Source: Pseudomonadota bacterium
GTDB taxonomy: Archaea > Thermoplasmatota > SW-10-69-26 > JACQPN01 > JAJPHT01
Direction: 5' to 3'
Length of the DNA stretch: 40,410 bases
Assembly (NCBI GenBank): GCA_021325135.1
Contig: JAJPHT010000050.1
Location: 1-40,410 of the forward strand
Part shown: piece by piece, positions 16,982-24,815 of the stretch
Layout: each line of letters opens with the position of its first letter
How positions within the stretch are numbered: the first letter of the stretch is position 1
Position numbers and translations under genes: made by a program
Notes under the pieces: model-generated
Told to the model about the DNA's origin: nothing
Database searches by the model: none
The model's input: the letters and a program-made list of their open reading frames with translations, nothing else

Positions 16982-18415
16982 ATGCAGACCCCTGCATCGA
17001 TCCGCGGCGTCCTGGCCCTCGGCCTCGTGGGCGCCCTCATCGCCATCCCGACCGCCGCCGCGTTCCCCCTGGGGGTGGACGCCGGCAGCGTGGGCGAATT
17101 CGACTCCGCGGGCGGCCACGCGGCCTTCGCCCAGACGTGGGTCGGCCCGTGGATGCGCTCCTCCGGCTGGGGCGGCTTCGAGAACGACCTGCGCGCCGCC
17201 TCGGACGCGGGCGCGACGCCCGTCGTCCTGTGGAACTACTGGGGCGACGCCATCACGCCAGGCTGCGTGCAGAACGGCTGCAACGGAATGTCGCGGGGCG
17301 AGTGGGACGCCATGGCGTCGACCCTCGCGCAGAAGGCCAACGCCGTCCTGGGCGGCCGCACGTTCTACGTCGTGCTGGAGCCCGAGTTCAACAAGGGCGG
17401 CATCACCGGCTGGGCGCCCTTCGATGGCTATCTTGCCGACCAGGCCAACCTCATCCGGAGCCAGGCGCCCGGCGCCAAGGTGGTCCTGGGCTTCGGCTCG
17501 TGGGGCGGCTACGAGTCGTTCCCCCGCGCCGCGGCGGCCTCCGACCTCGTGGGCTTCCAGTTCATGCGCGCCTCCACGCGGGACGCGCCCTCCGACGCGC
17601 AGGCCCCCTCGGGCGCCATGATCTCCACGGCGCAGACGCTCCGCGGCCTCTTCGCGAAGCCGGTGCTGGTCTTCGACGTGGCCATCGCCAGCTACGGGGG
17701 CTGGGAGTGGGTCCAGCAGGCGGCCTTCCGCGACCTGCAGGCGCGCAGCGGCGACCTCGCCGCGGCCGGCATCGTGGGCGTCGTGTGGCGCTCCGTGCAC
17801 GACATCTCGGGCGCCATCGGCTACTACGGGCCCGCCGAGAACAGCTTCGGCGTCAAGCGCGCCGATGGCAGCGCCAAGAGCGCGTGGCCCGACCTCGTCG
17901 CCCTCTCCCAGGGCGGCGGCGCCCCCGCGCCCTCCCAAGGGCTGTCCTTCGCCAGCGTCCACGGCAACGAGTGGTGGATCGAGGCCACCGTGACCGGCGG
18001 GCCCTCGTGGGTGAGCGCGCGCGTCGACGGCGGCCCCTGGATGGCCATGCAGCCCACCTCGTGGGGCACGTGGGGGCTTTCCGCGCACGCGCCGGCCGGC
18101 TCCCTGGTGGAGCTCCAGGCCGGAGGAGGCGGCGCGGCGACCATCACGGACTTCCGCGTGTGGTCCGGGTTCAGCGCGGGCTTCGCCAACGTCAAGGGCA
18201 ACGGCTGGTGGGTCCAGGCGGACGTCTCCGCCAACGCGCCGCTGGTGGACGTCAGCGCGTCCGTCAACGGCGGCCCGTGGACGCCCCTGGCCCTCCAGTG
18301 GTGGGGCTCGTGGGGTGCGACGGTGCAGGCGCCGGCCGGCTCCTCGGTGCAGCTTCGCGCCACGTCCGCGGCGGGGGACACCATGCTCTCGCAGGCGTAC
18401 CCCTGGTCCGGCTGA
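16982..18415 (+). CDS. Secreted glycoside-hydrolase-like protein with two C-terminal Trp-rich (expansin D2/CBM63-like) repeats
   Basis: Signal peptide; VVLEPEFN; tandem GNxWW...GGPWxxM/LxxxxWGxW...APAGSxVxL domains. Confidence 0.7.
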   Translation: MQTPASIRGVLALGLVGALIAIPTAAAFPLGVDAGSVGEFDSAGGHAAFAQTWVGPWMRSSGWGGFENDLRAASDAGATPVVLWNYWGDAITPGCVQNGCNGMSRGEWDAMASTLAQKANAVLGGRTFYVVLEPEFNKGGITGWAPFDGYLADQANLIRSQAPGAKVVLGFGSWGGYESFPRAAAASDLVGFQFMRASTRDAPSDAQAPSGAMISTAQTLRGLFAKPVLVFDVAIASYGGWEWVQQAAFRDLQARSGDLAAAGIVGVVWRSVHDISGAIGYYGPAENSFGVKRADGSAKSAWPDLVALSQGGGAPAPSQGLSFASVHGNEWWIEATVTGGPSWVSARVDGGPWMAMQPTSWGTWGLSAHAPAGSLVELQAGGGGAATITDFRVWSGFSAGFANVKGNGWWVQADVSANAPLVDVSASVNGGPWTPLALQWWGSWGATVQAPAGSSVQLRATSAAGDTMLSQAYPWSG

Positions 18416-18608
18416 CGCCCTTGGGCAAGGCGCGTGCCCCAAACGACGTCCTCGGGACCCTCCGAGGCATCGTTTGACAACCATGGTCGGCGGATTCCGG
18501 CAGATCGACGGTGTTTCGATCGCGGCAACGGCAGGCCGCCGACCCTCAAACCTTTCATCCAATGTCTTTATCCACCTCCGGGCCCACGCTCCGTCCCGAG
18601 GCCTGGGT

Positions 18609-19523
18609 ATGACGCGGCTGACCGCCCTCCTGTTGGGCATCCTTCTCCTCGCCCCGCTTGCCAGCGCGGGCGCCTCGCCGGCGACGCACGTCGCCGTCAA
18701 GGCGCCCTCGCCCGCGGGCCGCGCGCTGGACGACGCGAAGGCCCTCGCCTCGCACGCCTCGGAGGGCGTCTCGGCCGCCGCGCGCGGCGCGGGCGCCCTG
18801 GCCAGCGGCCTGGGCCACGCGCTGGCCTCGGCCGCCGCCGCGGTGGGCTCCCTCGCCAAGGGCGCCCTCCTCGCCGCGGGCCGCGCCCTCGCCGCCCTGG
18901 GCGCGCTCCTGGGCGGCCTCCTCGCGCGCGGCGCCAAGTGGTCCTTCGAGCACCCCGAGCAGGCCACCGACGCCGCGGGCGCCGACGTCAGCCTCGCCAT
19001 GCTCCTCTGGGTCGCCAAGCGCCTCGGCGCCTTCTCCTTCCTCGCCCCCCTCTACTCGCGCCTCGCGCCCAGCCAGATGCTGGAGAACGACGCGCGCAAC
19101 GCCGTCTACGAGCACGTCAAGGCGCACCCCGGCGCGCACCCCAGCGCCATCGCCGAGACGCTCAACCTCGGCTGGGGCACCGTCGTCTACCACCTGGGGA
19201 AGCTCGAGGCGACGAAGCTCGTCACCAGCCGCAACGCGCACAACCGCCGCTGCTACTTCGCCCTCACCAGCGACCTCGACGTGGACGCGCGCACCGCCGT
19301 CGCGGCCATGAGCACCGACAAGGCGCGCGCCATCGTGGACGTCGTCCGCGCAAGCCCCGGCATCAGCCAGAAGGACCTCTCCGAGCGCCTCGGCATCAGC
19401 CAGGCCCTCGCCTCGTGGCACGTCAAGCGCCTCGTGGAGAGCGGCGTCCTCACCGTGGGCCGCGAGGGCCGCAGCAACACGCTGCGCGTGGCGGGCCACG
19501 TGCCCGTGCTCGTCGCGGCGTGA
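18609..19523 (+). CDS. Membrane-associated double winged-HTH transcriptional regulator
   Basis: PLYSRL...LENDARNAVYEHVKAHPG...VVYHLGKL and PGISQKDLSERLGISQALASWHVKRL; hydrophobic Ala-rich N-terminus. Confidence 0.85.
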   Translation: MTRLTALLLGILLLAPLASAGASPATHVAVKAPSPAGRALDDAKALASHASEGVSAAARGAGALASGLGHALASAAAAVGSLAKGALLAAGRALAALGALLGGLLARGAKWSFEHPEQATDAAGADVSLAMLLWVAKRLGAFSFLAPLYSRLAPSQMLENDARNAVYEHVKAHPGAHPSAIAETLNLGWGTVVYHLGKLEATKLVTSRNAHNRRCYFALTSDLDVDARTAVAAMSTDKARAIVDVVRASPGISQKDLSERLGISQALASWHVKRLVESGVLTVGREGRSNTLRVAGHVPVLVAA

Positions 19524-20516
19524 TCAGCGGGCCGACGCGACCAGGTCGGCGAACGCCTCCGAAATGGGCAGACCGGCAAGCTCCTCCGCGAAGCCGAACG
19601 CCCCCATGCCGTTGGCCTCCAGGAAGACGTGCTCGCCCTGGGGCGTGACGATGAGGTCCATGGCGGCGTAGGCGAAGCCCAGGGCGCGCGCGGTGGCGCG
19701 CAGGCGCTCCGCGAGCCCTCCTGGCAAGGCGTAGGGACGGCACCTCCAGCGCGCGCGGTCGAGCGCGCCCTCGTGGCGCGGGTAGCGGCGCCAGTCGACC
19801 TTTGTCTCCTCGTCCTCCTGCGAGAGGATCTCCACCGCCATCACCGTCTCGCCCACGACGTAGGCGCGCGCCTCGGTGGCCTTCTCGACGTACTCCTGCG
19901 CCGCCAGCGGCGCGAGGTGCGCCTGGGCCAGCGCCTCGCCCGAGAGGTCCTCGGGGCTGACGCGGTGCGTGTAGAGGACCCACTCGTTTCCCGCGCCCTC
20001 GCCGATGCGCGGGAAGGGGTGGCTCACGCGCTTCACCGCGAGGCCCGAGGGGTGCTCCTTCGCGAAGGCCTCGATGGCGCCCGCGTCGTTGGAGACGAGG
20101 GAGCGCGGTGTCGCGACGCCCGCCCGCGCCGCGGCGCGAAGCTGGAACGGCTTGGACTCGCCCAGGAGGTACGCGTCCAGCGGGTTGACCCACAGGCGGT
20201 CGCGCGTGAGCTGGTGGAGCGCGATGAGGGAGGAGAACCACTCCTCCGTCGCGAACCGGCGCGCGTGCTCCGCCACGGGGGGCGGCTGGAGGACGAGGAA
20301 GTGGTTCACGAACGCGCGCGCGTCCTCCAGCGCCACGCGCCCGTCTGGCGTCTGCACGGAGCCGCCGACGCGCTCGCCGTCCACCTCCAGCGTGAGGCGG
20401 TTGCGCGACGGGTCCGACAGCTCGAACCCGAGGACGGGGATGCCCCGCGCCCGGATCGCGTCGATCATCCGGCGCGAGTACGGGTCCTGGTGCAGGGTGA
20501 AGACGATGGCGGCCAT
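19524..20516 (-). CDS. ATP-grasp RiPP maturase (graspetide synthetase, MvdC/MvdD-like)
   Basis: WVNP...ESKPFQLRAAARAGVATPRSLVSND, QEYVEKATEARAYVVG, VDWRR, DLIVTPQGEHVFLEAN. Confidence 0.88.
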   Translation of the reverse strand: MAAIVFTLHQDPYSRRMIDAIRARGIPVLGFELSDPSRNRLTLEVDGERVGGSVQTPDGRVALEDARAFVNHFLVLQPPPVAEHARRFATEEWFSSLIALHQLTRDRLWVNPLDAYLLGESKPFQLRAAARAGVATPRSLVSNDAGAIEAFAKEHPSGLAVKRVSHPFPRIGEGAGNEWVLYTHRVSPEDLSGEALAQAHLAPLAAQEYVEKATEARAYVVGETVMAVEILSQEDEETKVDWRRYPRHEGALDRARWRCRPYALPGGLAERLRATARALGFAYAAMDLIVTPQGEHVFLEANGMGAFGFAEELAGLPISEAFADLVASAR

Positions 20517-20547
20517 GAGAAGAAGGAGAAGGGGCGCCGGAGCGCCC
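20517..20547 (-). terminator. Intercistronic hairpin GGGCGC-TCCG-GCGCCC plus pyrimidine tract
   Basis: C(UCCG)G tetraloop stem followed by CTTCTCCTTCTTCTC between precursor and ligase. Confidence 0.45.
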
Positions 20548-20557
20548 GGGGATCGGC

Positions 20558-20662
20558 TCAGCTCGTGTGCATGAGGTAGACGTTGTCCATGAAGTTGGAC
20601 AGGCCCGGGAGGGGCTGCTTCGGCTGCTCGGCCCAGCGCATGGAGAGGGGGACTTCGTTCAT
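20558..20662 (-). CDS. Putative RiPP precursor peptide MNEVPLSMRWAEQPKQPLPGLSNFMDNVYLMHTS
   Basis: 41 nt upstream of the ATP-grasp gene on the same strand; GC3-biased codons; AGAAACGTTATG promoter ~26 nt upstream; PLSMRW leader-like motif. Confidence 0.7.
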   Translation of the reverse strand: MNEVPLSMRWAEQPKQPLPGLSNFMDNVYLMHTS

Positions 20663-20687
20663 GCGACCCCAGCAACCGGAGCGCCCC

Positions 20688-20700
20688 GCATAACGTTTCT
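20688..20700 (-). promoter_or_regulatory. BRE/TATA-like promoter of the precursor gene
   Basis: AGAAACGTTATGC matches the AAACGYT motif seen ~25 nt upstream of argS, ppiA, bcp and azlC. Confidence 0.6.
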
Positions 20701-20844
20701 GCGTAGAGAGGGTGCGGCTTCCGAGACGCCCGGCGCGCGGCCTTGACGAGTCCGGATCGCCTGGACTCCTGTGGAGGACCCCGCGGGATGCGCCGCCGCA
20801 TCGCTTATGCCGCCCCCTCCAGGTGGCGCTGCGGAGGCACACCC

Positions 20845-21090
20845 ATGAAGCTCTTCTCCGTCGCCCTCGTCGCGCTCTTCGCCCTCGCGGCCCTCGCCAG
20901 CGTCGTCCCGTCCGCCAGCGCGATGCCGCCCCTCTGCCAGTCCGACACCGTGGCCGTGGGGACCCTGGAGGTCGTCACGATCCGCCACGGCGCCGAGTGC
21001 GGCGCCTACCCCATCACGGTCTACGAGTGCACGCCCAAGTACGGCGAGGCCGCGCCGCTCCACTGGGACTGCACCGGCACCAACCTCTGA
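20845..21090 (+). CDS. Small secreted Cys-rich protein (4 Cys)
   Basis: MKLFSVALVALFALA...SASA signal peptide; GGAGG upstream. Confidence 0.75.
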   Translation: MKLFSVALVALFALAALASVVPSASAMPPLCQSDTVAVGTLEVVTIRHGAECGAYPITVYECTPKYGEAAPLHWDCTGTNL

Positions 21091-21096
21091 GCGCCT

Positions 21097-22047
21097 TCAC
21101 CCCACGGCCTCGGCGCCGAGCCGCTCCGCGATCCGCTCGTCGAACCAGTGGCCGTACACGTGGAAGCGCCGCGGGTGCACCACCTCGACGCCCGCGACGC
21201 CTTTGATATCAAGGAGGCTCCTCGTGACCTCCTCCACCTCGCCCGCGGAGGCGAGACTCATGGAGGCGTCCACGATGCGGTAGGGCAGGCCCAGGCCAAG
21301 CTCGGAGGGCGTCGCGATCTGGAGCAGGTCGGGCCGCAGGCGGCGCACCTCGCGCGCGACCTCGCCGGGCTTCGCGTCCTCGACGAGCCCCACGAGGAAG
21401 CGCGCCAGCACCGCGCCGCTCCAGCGCGTGAAGTCCAGGACCGGGATGCTCCACACGGCGCCGCCCGCGACCAGCGCCTCGTAGCGGCGGCGGAACGTCT
21501 TGACGCTCACGCCCGCGCGCGAGGCCGCCGCGGCCAGGGGGTCGCGCGCCGCGACGCGCAGCGCCTGGAGGATGCGCCAGTCCAGCGCGGTGGCCTTCGC
21601 CGAGCACGCGGGCGCGTCGTGGGGGATGCACGGTTCGAGCTCGTCCACGCCCGGAATGCGGCGCACGGCGGCCTCGCGGCGCGCCAGCGCGGCGGGCGAC
21701 TCGTGGGCGACGTGGATGGCCATCCAGGGGCCCACGTTGTCCGCGACGACGAGCACGCCGTCCACGAGGTCCAGCGCGCGCAGGACGCCCTCCTTGGCGC
21801 GCGGGTCGTCGACGCGCAGCGTGCCTCCCCCCATGCGGGCCCCGAAGAGGCGCACGTTGGGCACGACCTCGAAGCCCAGGAGGAAGCCGTCGCGCTCCCA
21901 GCGCCGCAGCCGCGCGCGCACCGTGCCCGGGTCGACGTGCAGGTCCTTGGCCAGCGCCTCGGCGCACAGCCTCGGGTCGAGGCTGCCCCACCAGAGCACC
22001 TGCTCCCGCGACATGGCGCGGAGGATCGACGCGTCCAGGGCGTCCAC
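21097..22047 (-). CDS. Lrp/AsnC-family regulator with two HTH-RAM modules
   Basis: VDALDASIL...TVRARLRRW..DG and ALDWRILQALR...GVSVKTFRRRYEAL. Confidence 0.8.
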   Translation of the reverse strand: MDALDASILRAMSREQVLWWGSLDPRLCAEALAKDLHVDPGTVRARLRRWERDGFLLGFEVVPNVRLFGARMGGGTLRVDDPRAKEGVLRALDLVDGVLVVADNVGPWMAIHVAHESPAALARREAAVRRIPGVDELEPCIPHDAPACSAKATALDWRILQALRVAARDPLAAAASRAGVSVKTFRRRYEALVAGGAVWSIPVLDFTRWSGAVLARFLVGLVEDAKPGEVAREVRRLRPDLLQIATPSELGLGLPYRIVDASMSLASAGEVEEVTRSLLDIKGVAGVEVVHPRRFHVYGHWFDERIAERLGAEAVG

Positions 22048-22083
22048 GGCGGTGGATCGGGCGCGCGGGCCAAAGAAGCTGCG

Positions 22084-22116
22084 TCCCTTTCCCGGAGCGC
22101 CGCGCCGGAAAAGGGA
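22084..22116. promoter_or_regulatory. Palindromic candidate operator between divergent regulator and hydrolase
   Basis: TCCCTTTCCCGG-N9-CCGGAAAAGGGA, 1 mismatch. Confidence 0.45.
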
Positions 22117-22195
22117 ACCTGGGGCGCGCCCGCGGGCTTTCCGCGGCCCTCCGCGCCCGAAGCCTGGATGGCCGCGCGAAGCCTTCCAAGCTTGC

Positions 22196-23047
22196 ATGGC
22201 CACCATCCTCGCCAACGGGACCAAGCTGGATTTCGAAGACCGCGGCCGCGGCGACCCCGTCGTGCTGGTGCACGGCGACGTCGGCGACCGCAGAAGCTGG
22301 GTCGCGGTCGCGCCGGTCTTGGCGCGCTCGCACCGCGTCCTCGCCTACAGCCGGCGGCACCACTGGCCCAACGAGGCCATCCGCCCCGGGGAGGGCAGCC
22401 TCCTCGACGTGCACGCGGCGGACCTCGTCGCGCTGCTGGAGGAGGCGGGCGCCGCGCCCGCGCACCTCGTGGGCCACTCCTTCGGCGCGTGCGTCGCGAT
22501 GCTCGTCGCCCGCGACCGGCCCGACCTCGTGCGCTCCCTGGTGCTCGTGGAGCCGCCCATGCTGCCCCTCGTCATGCGCGTGCCCCCGACGCCCGAGGAC
22601 CTGGAGCGCCTCGCGAAGGACGATCCCCTGCTCTCGCGGGCCGTGGACGAGCTCATGGCGCGCTGCCTTGCGCCCACCATCGCGGACTTCGCCCGGGGCG
22701 ACGTGCCCTCGGGCATCGCGCGCTTCCTGGCCTACCACGGCGAGCGCCAGGCGGCGGACCCCGCGCGCCTCGCGCAGGCGAACGACAACGGCGCCGTCAT
22801 GGCCGGGGCCCTGCTGGTGGGCCACTTCAGCCCGTTCACCGAGAGGGACGCGCGCTCGATCATGGCGCCGACGCTCCTCGTCACCGGATCGCAGAGCCCG
22901 CCCTACCTACGCCGGCTCGCGGAGCGCCTCGTCGCCCTCCTCCCCCGCGCCGAGCGCATCGACCTGCCCGGCGTCGGGCACTTCCTCCCCGAGGAGGCCC
23001 CCGAGGCGTTCGGCAAGGCCGCGCTGGGCTTCCTCGCGCGCCGCTGA
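22196..23047 (+). CDS. Alpha/beta hydrolase
   Basis: VVLVHG, GHSFG nucleophile elbow, GVGHFLPEEAP. Confidence 0.9.
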   Translation: MATILANGTKLDFEDRGRGDPVVLVHGDVGDRRSWVAVAPVLARSHRVLAYSRRHHWPNEAIRPGEGSLLDVHAADLVALLEEAGAAPAHLVGHSFGACVAMLVARDRPDLVRSLVLVEPPMLPLVMRVPPTPEDLERLAKDDPLLSRAVDELMARCLAPTIADFARGDVPSGIARFLAYHGERQAADPARLAQANDNGAVMAGALLVGHFSPFTERDARSIMAPTLLVTGSQSPPYLRRLAERLVALLPRAERIDLPGVGHFLPEEAPEAFGKAALGFLARR

Positions 23048-23239
23048 GGCCGCCCGCAGGATCGGCCCCACGGGGACCACGCGCAGGGGCCAGCCCGGCG
23101 CGGCGATGCCGAACGTCTCCCCCGTCGCCTCGTCGAGGATGACATCAGAGCCGTCGAGGCGCTCGCCCAGCCTGCGATATCGGTCCCCGGCGCGCAGCAG
23201 GCGCCACGCGCCAAGCTCGCTCACGATGCGCAGGCTCAC
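22907..23239 (-). CDS. Hypothetical protein (WR...DxxTG...PGWP motif)
   Basis: GTGA overlap with upstream ORF; shares a motif with it; 3' part overlaps the hydrolase gene. Confidence 0.45.
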   Translation of the reverse strand: MSLRIVSELGAWRLLRAGDRYRRLGERLDGSDVILDEATGETFGIAAPGWPLRVVPVGPILRAASAAREEAQRGLAERLGGLLGEEVPDAGQVDALGAGEEGDEALREPA

Positions 23240-23673
23240 GCGAGGGCCACCTCCACGCGCGTCTCCTCCTCGTCGGGCCGCAGCACGCGGAGCGTCTGCC
23301 CCGTCGCGTCGCGGTGGATGCCCACGAGGTCGCCCGCCGCGGTGCGAACGGCGCGCCACGAGCCCTCCGCGAGGCGCAGCTCGGCCTCGCCGCGGGGCAG
23401 CGCGCCCACCGGCCAGCCCGGAGGCGCCACCGAGAGGACCTGCCCGTTGCGCGTGTCCAGGAGCGAGCGGATGACGCCGCCCTCCAGCGCGGCCACCCTC
23501 CAGGGCGAGGCTTCGGCGCGCACGCGGAACGCGCCCCCGTCCATGCCGGCGACGAACGCGTTCGCCGCGCGGAGCCTCCGCATGGCGGCCGCCTGGGTGA
23601 GACCGCCCGCGAACCGGTCGCAGGCGATGGGGTCGTCGACGGGCCACGCAGGTCGGAGGGCGTCCATTGCCAT
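23236..23673 (-). CDS. Hypothetical protein with two internal WR...DxxxG repeats
   Basis: ATG downstream of an AT-rich promoter-like region; internal repeat. Confidence 0.55.
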   Translation of the reverse strand: MAMDALRPAWPVDDPIACDRFAGGLTQAAAMRRLRAANAFVAGMDGGAFRVRAEASPWRVAALEGGVIRSLLDTRNGQVLSVAPPGWPVGALPRGEAELRLAEGSWRAVRTAAGDLVGIHRDATGQTLRVLRPDEEETRVEVALA

Positions 23674-23776
23674 CGGAGCCGCCACACTCGGTGCATAATC
23701 ATCAGAGTTTCCATGTTCCAGAATAATATGACCTCGCGGCGATGCCTCGATAGCATAATCCCATGCGCAGGCCGCA

Positions 23777-24081
23777 TCAGGCGGGCCAGACGAGCCGGAG
23801 GAGGGCCAGCGTCGCGGCGCCCACGAGGAGGGGGACGTAGAACGTGCGGCGCCAGAGGAGCGTCGCTGCCGCGGGGAGGGCGGCGATGACGTACTGCCAG
23901 CGGACGTCGGGCGCGGCGCCCAGGTGCAGCACGCCCACCAGCGTCCCCGCCACGACGACGGGGAGCCACGGCAGGGCGCGCGCGAGGGGTCCGGGCGGCG
24001 CGCGGCCGCGCAGCCACGCCTCGGGAGCGAGACGCAGCAGCGCCGAGACGCCGCCCGCGCCCAGGACGAGGAGCCACTCAC
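23777..24081 (-). CDS. azlD: AzlD-like membrane protein (no in-frame ATG/GTG start; possible lesion)
   Basis: EWLLVLGAGGVSALLRLAP...; directly follows azlC. Confidence 0.6.
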
Positions 24082-24758
24082 CCTGCGCGCTTCCACCCCC
24101 ACGCGAACGCCAGCGCGGGCGGCACGACGAGCACGGCCCACGTCCCGAAGCCCAGGAGCGCCGCCGCGCCGCCCAGCGCCAGCGCGACGAGGCCCGCGAC
24201 GAGACGCTCCCGCGTGTCGGCGAAGATGCCGAAGAGGCCCACGAAGATGCCCGGCAGCGCGTAGTCGAGGCCCCACGGCCTGAGGTCGGGGAGATGCGTC
24301 CCAAGCAGCGCGCCCAGCGCGGTGCTGCCCACCCAGAGGAGCCAGAGCGTGAGCGAGACGAGGATGAGGCCCCACGGCGTGACGCCCGCCTCGCGCGACC
24401 ACGCGGCCTGCAGCGCGTAGGACTCGTCCACCGTGCCCAGCGCGAGCGCGACGCGGTGCAGCGGCCCGGCGCGCGCCTTGCGCCCCATGTCCACCGTCGC
24501 GGCGCTGAGGAGGAAGTAGCGCGCGTTGATGAGGAGGACCGTGCCCACGACGGAGGCCAGCGCAGCGCCCGCCGCCACCAGGCCCACCGCGGCGAACTGC
24601 GCGCCGCCCGCGAACACGACGGCCGAGAGCGCGACGGCGGCCCCCGGGGAGAAGCCCGCCGCCACCGCGGCCGCGCCGAAGAGGGCGCCCAGGGGCGCGA
24701 TGCCCGGCGCCAGCGTGAGGGCGCGGGCGACGGCCTGCGACGCCACGCTGCGGGGCAC
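24078..24758 (-). CDS. azlC: AzlC-family branched-chain amino acid exporter
   Basis: VFAGGAQF, LINARY, VDESYAL, WGLDYALPGIF. Confidence 0.9.
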   Translation of the reverse strand: MPRSVASQAVARALTLAPGIAPLGALFGAAAVAAGFSPGAAVALSAVVFAGGAQFAAVGLVAAGAALASVVGTVLLINARYFLLSAATVDMGRKARAGPLHRVALALGTVDESYALQAAWSREAGVTPWGLILVSLTLWLLWVGSTALGALLGTHLPDLRPWGLDYALPGIFVGLFGIFADTRERLVAGLVALALGGAAALLGFGTWAVLVVPPALAFAWGWKRAG

Positions 24759-24815
24759 GCGCGCGGATGGCCCGCTGAGGGGCTTGAACGTTTGCCGCGA
24801 ATGGCCGATCGTTCG

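Noticed and set aside
20537-20686. 11-bp direct repeat CCGGAGCGCCC flanking the precursor ORF
   Set aside because: Short and GC-rich, with a near-identical word at ~22092; may be chance
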